A stretch of 64,000 nucleotides of DNA, from the NCBI GenBank assembly GCA_963816265.1, contig CAWFJQ010000003.1:1681620-1745619 (forward strand), in the 5' to 3' direction. Position 1 is the stretch's first letter. Each line of letters starts with the position of its first letter. Source of the stretch: Vicinamibacterales bacterium. Lineage in GTDB: Bacteria; Acidobacteriota; Vicinamibacteria; Vicinamibacterales; Vicinamibacteraceae. A program made the translations under genes and the position numbers. The notes under the pieces are model-generated. The model did not search any database and was not told the DNA's origin. It was given only the letters and a program-made list of their open reading frames with translations. Below, piece after piece: positions 20,441 through 30,091 of this stretch.

Positions 20441-22819
20441 TCAGCTCGCCGCGTGAGCGAGCGGGGCCGACTGCCGCGCTTCCGCCTCCGCGACCCGCAA
20501 CGCCGTCCTGATGGCGGTGTCGGGGTTCAGGGAGATCGAGTCGATGCCCTGCTCGACCAGCCAGGCGGCGAAGTCCGGAAAGTCCGACGGCGCCTGGCCG
20601 CAGATCCCGATCGGCTTGCCGACGCGCTTGGCGGCGGCGATGGCCCGGCCGATCATCCAGCGGACGGCGCCGTCGCGCTCGTCGAACAGCCGCGCGACCG
20701 TCTCGGAATCGCGATCGAGGCCGAGCGTCAGCTGGGTCAGGTCGTTCGAGCCGATCGAGTAGCCGTCGAAGATACGCAGGAACTCCTCCGCCAGGACGAC
20801 GTTGGCCGGGATCTCGCACATGGCGTAGACCTCGAGGCCGGCGTCGCCCTGGCGCAGGCCGTGTTCCGCCATGACGGCGAGGACGCGGCGCGCCTCGTCG
20901 AGCGTCCGGCAGAACGGGATCATCACCTTCACGTTACGCAAGCCCATCTCGTCGCGGACGCGCTTCACGGCGCGGCATTCCAAGGCGAAGCCGGCAGCAT
21001 AGCGCGGGTCGTAGTAGCGCGATGCGCCGCGGAAGCCGATCATCGGGTTCTCCTCCCGGGGCTCGAACTCGCGGCCGCCGAGCAGCGCGGCGTACTCGTT
21101 GGTCTTGAAGTCGCTCATCCGCACGATGACCGGCTTGGGGAAGAAGGCGGCCGCGATCCGGCCGATGCCTTCGGACAGGCGACGGACGAAGAACTCGGCC
21201 GGCGCTTCCTCGCCGATCCGCGCCGTGATGGCCGCGACCGCCGCCGCGTCGGCGAGGGCCGGATAGCGGGCCAGCGCCATCGGGTGGATGCCGATGTCGT
21301 TGGTGATGATGAACTCGATCCGGGCCAGCCCGACGCCGTCGTTGGGGATCGCGGACAGCGCGAACGCCCGGCCGGGGTCGCCGACGATCAGCATGATCCG
21401 CGTCCGTCGCGGCGCCGCCAACGCCTGGGGGTCGATGCGCTCGACGGCGAACGGCAGCAGCCCGGCGTAGACGTGTCCTTCGCTGCCTTCGGCGCAGCAC
21501 ACGGTGACCAGGTCGCCGGTCCGGATGGCGCTCGTCGCGGTGCCCGTTCCAACGATGCAGGGCAGGCCGAACTCGCGCGACACGATGGCGGCGTGGGCCG
21601 TCCGGCCGCCGGAATCGGTGACGATCGCCGCGACGCGGCGCATGACCGGCTCCCAGTCCGGATCGGTGCGCTCGGCGACGAGCACCTCGCCGGCCTGGAC
21701 CTCGGCCAGGCCGGCCACGTCCTTCACCACCCGCGCCCGGCCGCTGGCGATCTTCTCGCCGACGGCCTGGCCGGTGACGACGGCACGGCTCGGCGAGCCG
21801 GTCAGCCGGTACGATTCCGCTGCCGCCGTCGGCAGCTTGCGCGAATGGATCGTTTCGGGCCGGGCCTGGACGATGAACAACCCGCCGCTCTGGCCGTCCT
21901 TCGCCCACTCGATGTCCATCGGCTGGCTGTGACCGGCCCGCGACGAGTAGTGCCGTTCGATGAGCAGCGACCAGCGCGCCAGCGTCAGGACCTCGTCGTC
22001 CGACAGGCAGAACCGGCTGCGCTCCGCTGCTGGCGTGGCCTCGCTGCGAGTCGTACGGCTGCCGTCGGCGTAGACCAGCCGCACCTCCTTCGAGCCGAGA
22101 CGGCGGCCGACGATCGGCCGGGCGCCCTCGGCCAGCGCCGGCTTGAAGACGGTCCATTCGTCGGGCGTGACGACGCCCTGGACGACGTACTCGCCCAGGC
22201 CGTAGGCCCCGGTGACCACGACGGCATCACGGAACCCCGATTCGGTGTCGAGCGTGAAGATGACGCCCGAGCTCGCCAGGTCGGCCCGCACCATCGGCAT
22301 GACGCCGACCGACAACGCGACCTTGAGATGGTCGTAGCCGAGCCGGGCCCGGTAGCTGATCGCCCGATCGGTGAAGATCGAGGCGCAGCAGGCATGGACG
22401 GCCCGCAGCAGCGCGTCGACGCCGCGGACGTTGAGGAACGTCTCGGCGGCGCCCGCGAACGAGGCCTCGGGCAGGTCCTCGGCGGTGGCCGAGGAGCGCA
22501 CGGCCAGCGAGGCCTCGCCGCCATGGCGGGCACAGAGCCGCGCGTACGCGGCGATGACCGCGTCGCGCATGGCCGCCGGCAGCGGCGTCTCGAGCACGCT
22601 CGAGCGGGCGGCATGGCCGCGCTCGGCCAGCTCGGCGAGGTTCTCGGGGTCGAAGCCGGTCAGCAGCGAGCGCAGGCGCTCGCCGAGATCCCCTTCGGCG
22701 AGGAGCAGCCGGTAGGCCTCCGCGGTGGTGGCGAACCCGTCCACGACCCCGACCCCTTGCGGCTTCAGGCTTCGAAACAGTTCGCCGAGGGAGGCGTTCT
22801 TGCCGCCGACCCGTGGCAC
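20441..22819 (-). CDS. ppsA: Phosphoenolpyruvate synthase (PEP/pyruvate-binding, phosphohistidine and PEP-utilising TIM domains).
   Basis: 792-aa ORF with RVGGKNASLGE near the N-terminus, SGGRTAHAAIVSREFGLPCIVG, and SIGSNDLTQLTLG. A strong AGGAG plus ATG at 22865 lies out of frame, so the true start is probably there with an indel in the first ~12 codons. Confidence 0.9.
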   Translation of the reverse strand: MPRVGGKNASLGELFRSLKPQGVGVVDGFATTAEAYRLLLAEGDLGERLRSLLTGFDPENLAELAERGHAARSSVLETPLPAAMRDAVIAAYARLCARHGGEASLAVRSSATAEDLPEASFAGAAETFLNVRGVDALLRAVHACCASIFTDRAISYRARLGYDHLKVALSVGVMPMVRADLASSGVIFTLDTESGFRDAVVVTGAYGLGEYVVQGVVTPDEWTVFKPALAEGARPIVGRRLGSKEVRLVYADGSRTTRSEATPAAERSRFCLSDDEVLTLARWSLLIERHYSSRAGHSQPMDIEWAKDGQSGGLFIVQARPETIHSRKLPTAAAESYRLTGSPSRAVVTGQAVGEKIASGRARVVKDVAGLAEVQAGEVLVAERTDPDWEPVMRRVAAIVTDSGGRTAHAAIVSREFGLPCIVGTGTATSAIRTGDLVTVCCAEGSEGHVYAGLLPFAVERIDPQALAAPRRTRIMLIVGDPGRAFALSAIPNDGVGLARIEFIITNDIGIHPMALARYPALADAAAVAAITARIGEEAPAEFFVRRLSEGIGRIAAAFFPKPVIVRMSDFKTNEYAALLGGREFEPREENPMIGFRGASRYYDPRYAAGFALECRAVKRVRDEMGLRNVKVMIPFCRTLDEARRVLAVMAEHGLRQGDAGLEVYAMCEIPANVVLAEEFLRIFDGYSIGSNDLTQLTLGLDRDSETVARLFDERDGAVRWMIGRAIAAAKRVGKPIGICGQAPSDFPDFAAWLVEQGIDSISLNPDTAIRTALRVAEAEARQSAPLAHAAS

Positions 22820-22891
22820 GTCCTCGAGCGTGAGAATCAGCGAAGTCGACGGTGAGTGCGGTCATGATAGGGCTCCTCATGAACGAACCAC

Positions 22892-22907
22892 TGCGCGTCC
22901 GGTGCCA
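22892..22907 (-). promoter_or_regulatory. Sigma-54 promoter candidate upstream of ppsA.
   Basis: The reverse complement reads TGGCACCGGACGCGCA. The -24 element is perfect and the -12 GC is correctly spaced, but the TT is missing. It lies 28 nt from ATG 22865. Confidence 0.4.
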
Positions 22908-23054
22908 GGCGCAGGCGACCTGCTCGAGTGGCATTTCGGCACGGCGGCCGTCGGCTCGCGCCGGCAGCTGTGGAAGATTCCACGCGGCCGAGGGATTTTG
23001 CCCGGGCGTCCGGCATTTCCCCGGCCAGGGCGCGCCCGCAGGCGAGCTGGCGGC

Positions 23055-23070
23055 GGGAAGGATTCTTGCG
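23055..23070 (+). promoter_or_regulatory. Weak sigma-54 promoter candidate upstream of the cytochrome c gene.
   Basis: Reads GGGAAGGATTCTTGCG: GG and TTGC at consensus spacing. It lies 27 nt before ATG 23096 with the SD in between. The -24 half is poor. Confidence 0.25.
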
Positions 23071-23095
23071 AGAGCGGACCATCGGAGGGGACACC

Positions 23096-23515
23096 ATGGG
23101 ATGGCCACGTTGGGTTGGCTGGTCAAGCGTCGCGCTCGCATTCGCGTTGGCCGCCCGGCCGAGCACCTTGGGCGCGAATCGCCAGGACGCCGCACTCGGC
23201 CGCGGACGGCAGCTCTTTCGGACGCACTGCGCGACGTGCCACGGCATCAGCGGACACGGTGACGGCCCGATGGTCCAGTACCTGCGCGTGCCGCCGGCGA
23301 ACCTGACGACCATCGCCGCCCGCAACAAGGGCGTGTTTCCGGTCGACGCGGTCCATCGCGCGATCGACGGACGCCAGGCGGTGCGGGCGCACGGAGACTC
23401 GGCGATGCCCATCTGGGGCGATGCGTTCTCGCCGGCGGAGCAGACGGTGACCGAACGGATTCGCGATCTGGTGGTCTACCTCGAATCGATCCAGGAGCAC
23501 CCCGGCAACGACTGA
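23096..23515 (+). CDS. Monoheme class I c-type cytochrome, exported.
   Basis: ATG 23096 follows GGAGGGG. The leader is MGWPRWVGWSSVALAFALAA. Heme motif CATCH, then a distal ..HGDSAMPIWG. Confidence 0.8.
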   Translation: MGWPRWVGWSSVALAFALAARPSTLGANRQDAALGRGRQLFRTHCATCHGISGHGDGPMVQYLRVPPANLTTIAARNKGVFPVDAVHRAIDGRQAVRAHGDSAMPIWGDAFSPAEQTVTERIRDLVVYLESIQEHPGND

Positions 23516-23522
23516 CGGCCCG

Positions 23523-26091
23523 GTGTTCAGGAGGGGCTATCGCCACGGCACCGTACTGGAGTCGCGACGTCGGCGAACTCAGCGCCTCCCTCGGCTCGGG
23601 TCCGAATGGGCTGACGACGGCGCGGGCCGCCGAGCGACTGGCGGTCGTCGGCCCGAACAGCGTCGAGGACGCTCAGCGTCTCGGCCCGCTGCGCCTGCTC
23701 TGGCGGCAGGTCGAGAGCCCGCTCGTCCTGATCCTGATCTTCGCCGCCGCGGTGTCGCTCGGCCTCTCCCAGTGGGTCGACGCGGCGATCATCCTCGCGA
23801 TCGTGGTTGGCTCCACGCTGCTCGGCTTCTACCAGGAGTACCGGGCGTCCGCGGCCGTCGAGGAGCTGAAGAAGCGCCTCGCGCTCACCTGCCGCGTGGT
23901 GCGCGACGGCGTCGAAGGGACCGTGCACGCCGACGCGCTCGTGCCCGGCGACGTCCTCGTGCTCTCGGCGGGCAACCTGATTCCCGCCGACGGACGGATC
24001 CTCGAGGCGAGGGACTTCCTCGTCAGCGAGGCGAGCATGACCGGCGAGTCGTTCCCGGTGGAGAAGCAGCCCGGAGTCGTCGCCGCCGACGCGCCGCTCG
24101 CCCGGCGGACGAACGTCGTGTTTCTCGGGGCGTCGGTGCGCAGCGGCACGGCGAGGGTCCTCGTCGTCGAGACGGGACGCCGCACCGCGTTCGGCGCGAT
24201 CGCCGCACGGCTGCGCGCGCGGGAGCCCGAGACCAACTTCGCCCGCGGGCTCCGGCAGTTCGGCTACCTGCTGATCCGGTCGATGGTCGTCATCGTCCTC
24301 TTCGTCCTGACGGTGAATCTCCTGCTCCACCGTCCGCTCGTCGAGTCGCTGCTCTTCTCGGTCGCCCTCGCCGTCGGCCTCTCGCCCGAGCTCCTGCCCG
24401 CGATCGTGAGCGTCACGCTCTCGGCCGGCGCGCGGGCGATGAGCAAGGCAGGGCGTCATCGTCCGCCGCCTGGACGCGATCGAGAACCTGGGCAGCATGA
24501 CCGTCCTCTGCACCGACAAGACCGGCACGCTGACCGAAGGGACGATCGTCCTCGCCGACGCCACGGATCCGAGGGGGCGCACGTCGGCCGCGGTCCGGCA
24601 GCTCGCGTTCCTCAACGCCTCCTTCGAGACCGGCATCGACAACCCGATCGACGCGGCGATCGTCGACGGCAGGGGAACAGGCGGGGCTCTCGACCGCGGG
24701 CCACGACAAGATCGACGAGATCCCCTACGACTTCCTGAGAAAGCGCCTGACGATCGTGATGGCCGAGGGGGGCGACGCCGAGCGGCATCTCGTCGTCACC
24801 AAGGGCGCGTTCGCGAACGTGCTCTCGATCTGCACGCAGGTGGAGCGCGACGGCGCCGTGCTGCGCGCTGACGGACGCCGTCGCCGCCGAGCTCTCGCGC
24901 GTACTACGAAGCGAAGGGCAAGGCGGGCTTTCGCGTGCTCGCGCTCGCGACGCGCGCCGTCTCGGCCAAGGGGGCCTATCAGCGCGACGACGAAGCGGAG
25001 ATGGTCTTCGCGGGCTTTCTGCTCTTCCTCGACCCGCCCAAGGCCGATGCGGCGCGCGTGCTCGGCGACCTCGCGAGGCTGAACGTCGAGGTCAAGGTCA
25101 TCACGGGGGACAACCGCTTCGTGACCGGCCACCTCGCCGAGACCGTCGGGCTCGACCCGACCTCGATGCTCACGGGGGAGGCGCTGGCGAAGCTCGACGA
25201 CGAGGCGCTCTGGCATGCGGCGCCCAAGACGTCGCTCTTCGCCGAGATCGATCCGCAGCAGAAGGAGCGCATCGTCCGCGCGCTCCAGCGCACCGGCCAC
25301 TCGGTCGGCTACCTCGGCGACGGGATCAACGACGCCCCCGCGTTGCACGCGGCCGACGTCGGCATCTCGGTCGACCAGGCCGTGGACGTCGCACGCGAGA
25401 GCGCCGACATCATCCTGCTGAAGCGCGACCTCGACGTCCTGCGCACGGGCGTGGAGGACGGGCGCCGCACCTTCGCGAACACGCTCAAGTACATCTCGAT
25501 CACGACGAGCGCGAACTTCGGGAACATGGTCAGCATGGCGCTCGCGTCGCCGCTCCTGCCGTTCCTGCCGCTGGTCGCCAAGCAGATCCTGCTCAACAAC
25601 TTCCTCTCCGACGTGCCGTCGATGGCGATCTCGACCGACCGGGTCGACCCCGAGCGCGTGACGCACCCGCAGCGCTGGGACATCACGGAGGTCCGGCGCT
25701 ACATGGTCGTGTTCGGGCTCGTCAGCTCCGATCTTCGACCTCCTGACCTTCGCCGCGCTCCTGCTGCTCTTCCGCGCCGGCGAGGCCACGTTCCAGACGA
25801 CGTGGTTCGTGGTGTCGCTGCTCACCGAGCTCGGCGTCGTGCTCATCCTGCGCACGCGGGGGCCCGCGTGGCGCAGCCGGCCAAGTGCCCTGCTGCTGTG
25901 GACGACGGTCGCGGCCACGGCGTTCGCCCTCGCCGTCCCGTTCTTCGGGCGCGGGTCCAGCGCTGTTCGGCTTCGTGCCGCTCTCGACCGTGGAGATGGG
26001 CACCGTCGTCGGGATCGTGGCGACCTACCTCGCGGCCACCGAGGCGACCAAGCGCTGGTTCTTCCGCCCCGGCGGCCGGGCACCCGCCTGA
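23523..26091 (+). pseudogene. MgtA-type (type III) P-type ATPase; at least 5 frameshifts.
   Basis: Pieces lie in several frames: WSRDVGELSASLGSGPNGLTTARAAERL; SEASMTGESFPVEK; MTVLCTDKTGTLTEG; VVTKGAFANVLSIC; VITGDN..GYLGDGINDAPALHAADVGISV; and the C-terminal TM helices ending ..ATKRWFFRPGGRAPA. Confidence 0.8.
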
Positions 26092-26123
26092 CGACGCGGA
26101 GCCCGGCCTCAGGAGGGGTGGGC

Positions 26124-26510
26124 TCAGCGAGCGAGGCCGTAGTGGGCCTTCACCTTGGCCACGATCTGCGGATCGGTCAGCCGGTCGGTGCTCTCGACGG
26201 CGACGACGCGGTCGGACGCCACGGCGGAGCGCCCGAGACGCTCCTTGAGCTGCAGCTTCGCTTCACCGGGCCCGAAGAGCAGGAGCGCGTCCGGCGTGCC
26301 GAGCTGACCGATGACCTGGTCGTAGTAGCGGTCGAGGTGCTGGTCGTGGCGCACCTCGTACTTCCTCTCCCCGCCCCTCTCGAGAGAGCCTGAGTAGTGC
26401 GGATGCCCCTCGACATCCGATTGAAGCGTCCGGGTGGTGACGTCACCAGCCGCGATCGACACGATGACGGCCTTCTTGTGGTCGATCCACACGCCTACGT
26501 CTTGCCTCAT
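26124..26510 (-). CDS. Small conserved-looking protein, possibly of the eRF1/Pelota-like (host-attachment / bacterial aeRF1-like) fold.
   Basis: ATG 26510 follows GGAGGGG and overlaps the upstream stop (ATGA). Reads MRQDVGVWIDHKKAVIVSI..LLLFGPGEAKLQLKERL..VVAVESTDRLTDPQIVAKVKAHYG. The fold assignment is pattern recognition from memory only. Confidence 0.6.
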   Translation of the reverse strand: MRQDVGVWIDHKKAVIVSIAAGDVTTRTLQSDVEGHPHYSGSLERGGERKYEVRHDQHLDRYYDQVIGQLGTPDALLLFGPGEAKLQLKERLGRSAVASDRVVAVESTDRLTDPQIVAKVKAHYGLAR

Positions 26511-27071
26511 AACCCCTCCACACCCAGCGCCCGCGCCAGTCGTTCGTTGGCCCGCCACTGGTCGAAATGCCGTCTCGAGAGCCGCTCGGTCCAATAGGCC
26601 GCGAACGAGATCCGCTCGAATCCAGCCCAGGGTCCGAATCAGGCGCCGGTGCCGCGGGGCCCGGGCGATGAGGGCCCGTTCCACGATCGCGCTCAGGGCG
26701 TTGTTGCCCGCGCTTCGCCCGAGCAGCCCGATCGTGTCGCGAGCAATGCGTCTGTTGCCGGCCGCGTAGCTCACCGGCGTATCGATCGGGCGACCGCTGA
26801 TGGTGTAGCCGGGATTGGCTTCGATGTATCCCGCCTTGAACAGCAGCTGGGAGCTCGACCAATCGAGCTGGCGCGCGGTGTAGACCACCACCGTCGGTGC
26901 ATACGTGGTCGGGTCGAGCGCCACCCGGCGGGCGATCTCCGCGAACAGCGCCGGCTGCGCCTCGGCGGCCGGCTCCTGCGCCCGTGCGTCGGCGGCGACC
27001 GCGACGGCGGCGACCAGGCAGAGGACGACGCCGGCATGTCGCGCCGCATCGCCCGCCAGTCGTCCGAACAT
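26507..27071 (-). CDS. Hypothetical exported protein; one apparent frameshift near 26590-26610.
   Basis: ATG 27071 follows GGAGGG. The leader is MFGRLAGDAARHAGVVLCLVAAVAVAADARA. The C-terminus AYWTERLSRRHFDQWRANERLARALGVEGL-stop is in another frame and ends in the ATGA overlap with the next gene. Confidence 0.55.
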
Positions 27072-27094
27072 CGCACCCTCCACCGTCATCGTCG

Positions 27095-27110
27095 TGCACA
27101 GGACGTGCCA
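27095..27110 (-). promoter_or_regulatory. Sigma-54 promoter candidate upstream of the 27071 and 26510 operon.
   Basis: The reverse complement reads TGGCACGTCCTGTGCA, matching 11 of the 12 defined consensus positions. The -12 GC lies 25 nt from ATG 27071, leaving a short SD-containing leader. Confidence 0.65.
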
Positions 27111-27467
27111 CCGGCGGGACGGCGCACGGCCACGGTCGCCCGCGTCGGCGGCCGCGACGCATCGGCCACCGACCGGTGTAGGTCGGCGCACCACGGTCGC
27201 AGGTGGAGACGAACGTGCCGCTCATCACGCCACGGCCGAGCGTGCCAGCGAAGGTCGCCTGGGCGGTACACGAGCGATCGGGATCCCAGTACGGCGACAA
27301 CGCCCCGGTCACCCGTCCGTCGAGGGCTCGCACGACGCTTGCATCGCCTCGCCGCCCGCACCCGCACTCGGCCGCCGGTGCGGGAACGGTCCGTGACTTG
27401 CCCTTTCAGCCGTCGCTGCTGCGCGCGACGATTGCCGGGCTGGTGCGCTTCGACCGGTGATCCGCCG

Positions 27468-28056
27468 TCAGCCCACGTGCTGCATCCGCGGCCCGGCGGC
27501 GCTCGGCACCGGCCCGCCGAGCACCGTCACGAGATCCGCCGCCACCTCCCGCACCTGGTTCCAGTCGGTGTACTCATGATCGCTCGATGTGTCGGTCGAG
27601 CCGCCCGCCCGCGCGGCGATGCGGCGCATGATGAAGCGCTTCAGCCAGCCGGTACTGCGTGTAGGCCAGTCGACCGGCCACGCAGACGACGCGGCCGGCG
27701 TTCCAGCCGAGCTGCCTCGGGAAGCGGTCCGCGGTGGCGCGCGCCCCCTCGACCTCCCGAGACACGCGCGAGCCGATGGCGAGTCTCACCGAGAGGAAGA
27801 CCGACGGCCTCTCGTTGAACTGCGCGAGATGCGTCCGGACGAACGTGCCGGCCTGACGCTGATGTTTCCCGGCATGGACGGACGCCGCGATCACGACGGC
27901 ACGCGCGGGGGCCCATGGGAAGGCCGCCGCCTGGGCGGAAGCCACGTCGATGGCCCGGCTGTCGAACCCCGCCTTGCCGATCTCGGCGGCGAGCGTCTCG
28001 GCGATGCGTCGCGTCTGTCCTTCGGTAGTGGCGTAGAACACTGGCACGTCACACAT
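27468..28056 (-). CDS. HemG-like long-chain flavodoxin (menaquinone-dependent protoporphyrinogen oxidase family); one apparent 1-nt indel near 27650.
   Basis: ATG 28056 follows GAGGAG. Reads MCDVPVFYATTEGQTRRIAETLAAEI..VVIAASVHAGKH..RLAYTQYR. The expected WLKRFIMRRIAARAGGSTDTSSDHEYTDWNQV continues in the adjacent frame to the stop at 27468-27470. Confidence 0.7.
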
Positions 28057-28112
28057 GGCCGGTCTCCTCAATCGACGACGCCGCCACGCGACGTCGTCCT
28101 GGCCCGCCAAGG

Positions 28113-28128
28113 TGCAATGGATGGGCCC
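28113..28128 (-). promoter_or_regulatory. Sigma-54 promoter candidate upstream of the HemG-like gene.
   Basis: The reverse complement reads GGGCCCATCCATTGCA: GGC and TTGCA at consensus spacing. Intergenic. Confidence 0.4.
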
Positions 28129-28287
28129 GTGGCGGCGCGGCTCCGCGCGCTTGCTTCCGCGGCGGCCGGCGCCGGCCGCGGGGAATTCTCCCAGCGGTCG
28201 CGGATGTTTCCCCTTCCCCGGGGCCGTCGTCCTCGCGCCCTGCCCACCGTCGCCCACTTCGACGGCCGAAAGGCCAGACGGCGGACC

Positions 28288-28303
28288 GGGCATACGGCTT
28301 GCT
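28288..28303 (+). promoter_or_regulatory. Sigma-54 promoter candidate upstream of the small wHTH gene and the diheme cytochrome gene.
   Basis: Reads GGGCATACGGCTTGCT: GGCA and TTGCT at consensus spacing. It lies 25 nt before ATG 28327, with GGAG in between. Confidence 0.45.
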
Positions 28304-28326
28304 TTGCCTTCGCCTCGGAGATGTCG

Positions 28327-28551
28327 ATGCCAGCAGCCGCGTACGCCACGAACACGAATGGGCTCGGGACGATCATCAGCGGCGAGTTCAACGAGATGCC
28401 GGGGATGCGGCTGACGCTCTCCCAGGTCTGTCGGCTGTGGACGCTGACGCGCTCCGAGGCCGAAGTCGTCCTTCGCTCGCTCATCAATCGCGGCGTGCTC
28501 GCCGTCGACGACGGCGGCCGCGTCTGCCGCACGCAGGATCTCGACGACTGA
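28327..28551 (+). CDS. Small protein with a winged-helix-like C-terminal half (alternative start at 28321).
   Basis: Reads MPAAAYATNTNGLGTIISGEFNEMPGMRLTLSQVCRLWTLTRSEAEVVLRSLINRGVLAVDDGGRVCR. Third-position GC is high. Confidence 0.55.
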   Translation: MPAAAYATNTNGLGTIISGEFNEMPGMRLTLSQVCRLWTLTRSEAEVVLRSLINRGVLAVDDGGRVCRTQDLDD

Positions 28552-28600
28552 GGTCCGGCTCGGCGCCCGAGGACCCTTTCCATCGACCCGGGAGGCTTGC

Positions 28601-29359
28601 GTGCGCGCTCACCATCACTCCGGTCCACTGTTCCCGCTGCTCGTGGCGACGGCGGTCGCCACCGTGAGCGTCGCCGCCGCGCGGGTGTCGTCGGCACCGG
28701 CCGCCGCCCAGGCCGTGCCGCCCCAGGCCGAGCGGGCCGCCCACATGCAGGTGCACTTCTCGCAGGTCATGACGGTCCACGAGGCGGTGATTCGCGGCGA
28801 TCTGGCGGCGGTCCGGGCGCCGGCGACGTGGCTGGCGGAGCACGACGCCCCACGCTCCCTGCCGACCGGATCCGAGCCGTTCGTCGCCCAGATGCGGCGC
28901 GCGGCGCGGCGGACGGCTCAGGCCTCGACCGTGCTCGAGGCCGCCCTGGGCGCCGCCGACATGCTCAAGACGTGCGGCGATTGCCATCGCGGCGTCGGCA
29001 CGATGCCCGCCGTCAGGCAGCCCAGCAGCCCCGACGTCGGTGGCCTGGTCGGCCACATGCTGACGCACCAGCGGTCGGCCAATCAGATGCTGCAGGGCCT
29101 GATCGTGCCGTCCGCCGCGATGTGGCGGGCCGGCGCCGACGGGTTCAGCGGCGCACCGCTGCGCGCCGAGTCGCTGCCGGACGATCCGAAGCTCACGCGC
29201 GAGCTCGCGGCGTCGGAAAAGCGGCTCCACGAGCTCGCCGCCCAGGCCGGCAAGGCCGCCGACAGCGGCGCCATGGCGATCTTCTACGGACAGATGATCG
29301 CCCGGTGCGCCGACTGCCACGCCGTCCACCGGAAGGTGTGGGGCCCCTCCCGCCGCTGA
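28601..29359 (+). CDS. Exported diheme c-type cytochrome, helical.
   Basis: GTG 28601 follows GGGAGG. It has a signal peptide ..VSVAAARVSSAPAAAQA and two heme motifs, CGDCH and CADCH. Confidence 0.75.
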   Translation: MRAHHHSGPLFPLLVATAVATVSVAAARVSSAPAAAQAVPPQAERAAHMQVHFSQVMTVHEAVIRGDLAAVRAPATWLAEHDAPRSLPTGSEPFVAQMRRAARRTAQASTVLEAALGAADMLKTCGDCHRGVGTMPAVRQPSSPDVGGLVGHMLTHQRSANQMLQGLIVPSAAMWRAGADGFSGAPLRAESLPDDPKLTRELAASEKRLHELAAQAGKAADSGAMAIFYGQMIARCADCHAVHRKVWGPSRR

Positions 29360-29499
29360 CGCTCTCGGCGGCCACTCCATCCAGAAAAACTCCGCGGCTA
29401 TGGGGAATTGTGCGCGATCCGCCTGCGGATCGGGTGCCCCAATCGGTCGTGGTCGGCGTCGGGCTGCGTGTTCACGTGGCGCGCCGGTGGTGCCGGCTT

Positions 29500-29515
29500 C
29501 GGCACGGCACATGCA
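29500..29515 (+). promoter_or_regulatory. Sigma-54 promoter candidate upstream of the USP and ADH genes.
   Basis: Reads CGGCACGGCACATGCA, matching 10 of the 12 defined positions. It is intergenic and about 70 nt before ATG 29586. The leader contains the palindrome TGCGGACGCAGTCCGCA (29531-29547). Confidence 0.55.
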
Positions 29516-29585
29516 CCAGAACCCATCGAGTGCGGACGCAGTCCGCATCGAGGTGATTCCCCACCGGAACCAAAGGACGGACACC

Positions 29586-30083
29586 ATGCATCCCTTCCAC
29601 ACCATCGTCGTCGCGGTCGACTTCAGCGACACGTCGGCGGACACCATCGACACCGCCCTCGAGCTGGCGCGAGGTCAGCAGGATCGCGTCCATCTGGTCC
29701 ATGTCGTCACGGACGTCTTCCGTTCGATGGGCCTCACCGAAGCGCCGACCATCGACTGGCCCGAAGTGCAGCGCACCTGGGTCGAACAGGCGCGGAACCA
29801 GCTCATTGGCCTGGCCGCGGGCTGCAAGCTCAATCCGCAGCGCGTCACCATCGCCGTCGAGGCCGGAGCGCCGGCGGCCGAAATCCTGCGCTACGCGCAC
29901 GACCATGGCGCCCAGGCAATCGTCCTCGGATCGCACGGCCACGGCCTCGTCAGGCGCTTCATCCTCGGCGGCGTCGCCGACCGTGTACTGCGTCAGGCCT
30001 CCTGCCCGGTCATGCTCGTTCCGCACCGCTCGCTCCACCTGACGTCCTTCGAGGTCAAGGCCGCCAGCGGCGTCGAATCCTGA
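29586..30083 (+). CDS. Universal stress protein (UspA family).
   Basis: Reads MHPFHTIVVAVDFSDTS..ILRYAHDHGAQAIVLGSHGHGLVRRFILGGVADRVLRQASCPVMLV. Confidence 0.85.
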   Translation: MHPFHTIVVAVDFSDTSADTIDTALELARGQQDRVHLVHVVTDVFRSMGLTEAPTIDWPEVQRTWVEQARNQLIGLAAGCKLNPQRVTIAVEAGAPAAEILRYAHDHGAQAIVLGSHGHGLVRRFILGGVADRVLRQASCPVMLVPHRSLHLTSFEVKAASGVES

Positions 30084-30091
30084 GGTGAGCC

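Noticed and set aside
19265-22855. 1196-aa plus-strand ORF, and many other ORFs of 300 to 800 aa in the track (for example 7067..9277 +, 13791..15464 +, 35724..38135 -, 57015..58670 -).
   Set aside because: They lie antisense to or out of frame with genes that have clear family motifs. Their translations are Arg/Ala/Gly/Pro-rich low-complexity strings, typical of non-coding frames in 70% GC DNA.
27086-27333. Possible small minus-strand ORF: GTG 27333, RALDGRVTGALSPYWDPDRSCTAQATFAGTLGRGVMSGTFVSTCDRGAPTYTGRW...
   Set aside because: Codon bias is good for only about 60 codons. There is no SD or signal. The end needs another frameshift, and it overlaps the 27095 promoter. It is too uncertain to list as a feature.
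29415-29432. Palindrome CGATCCGC-CT-GCGGATCG downstream of the diheme cytochrome gene.
   Set aside because: A 2-nt loop is too tight for an intrinsic terminator, and no U-tract follows. It could be a protein site, but it occurs only once.
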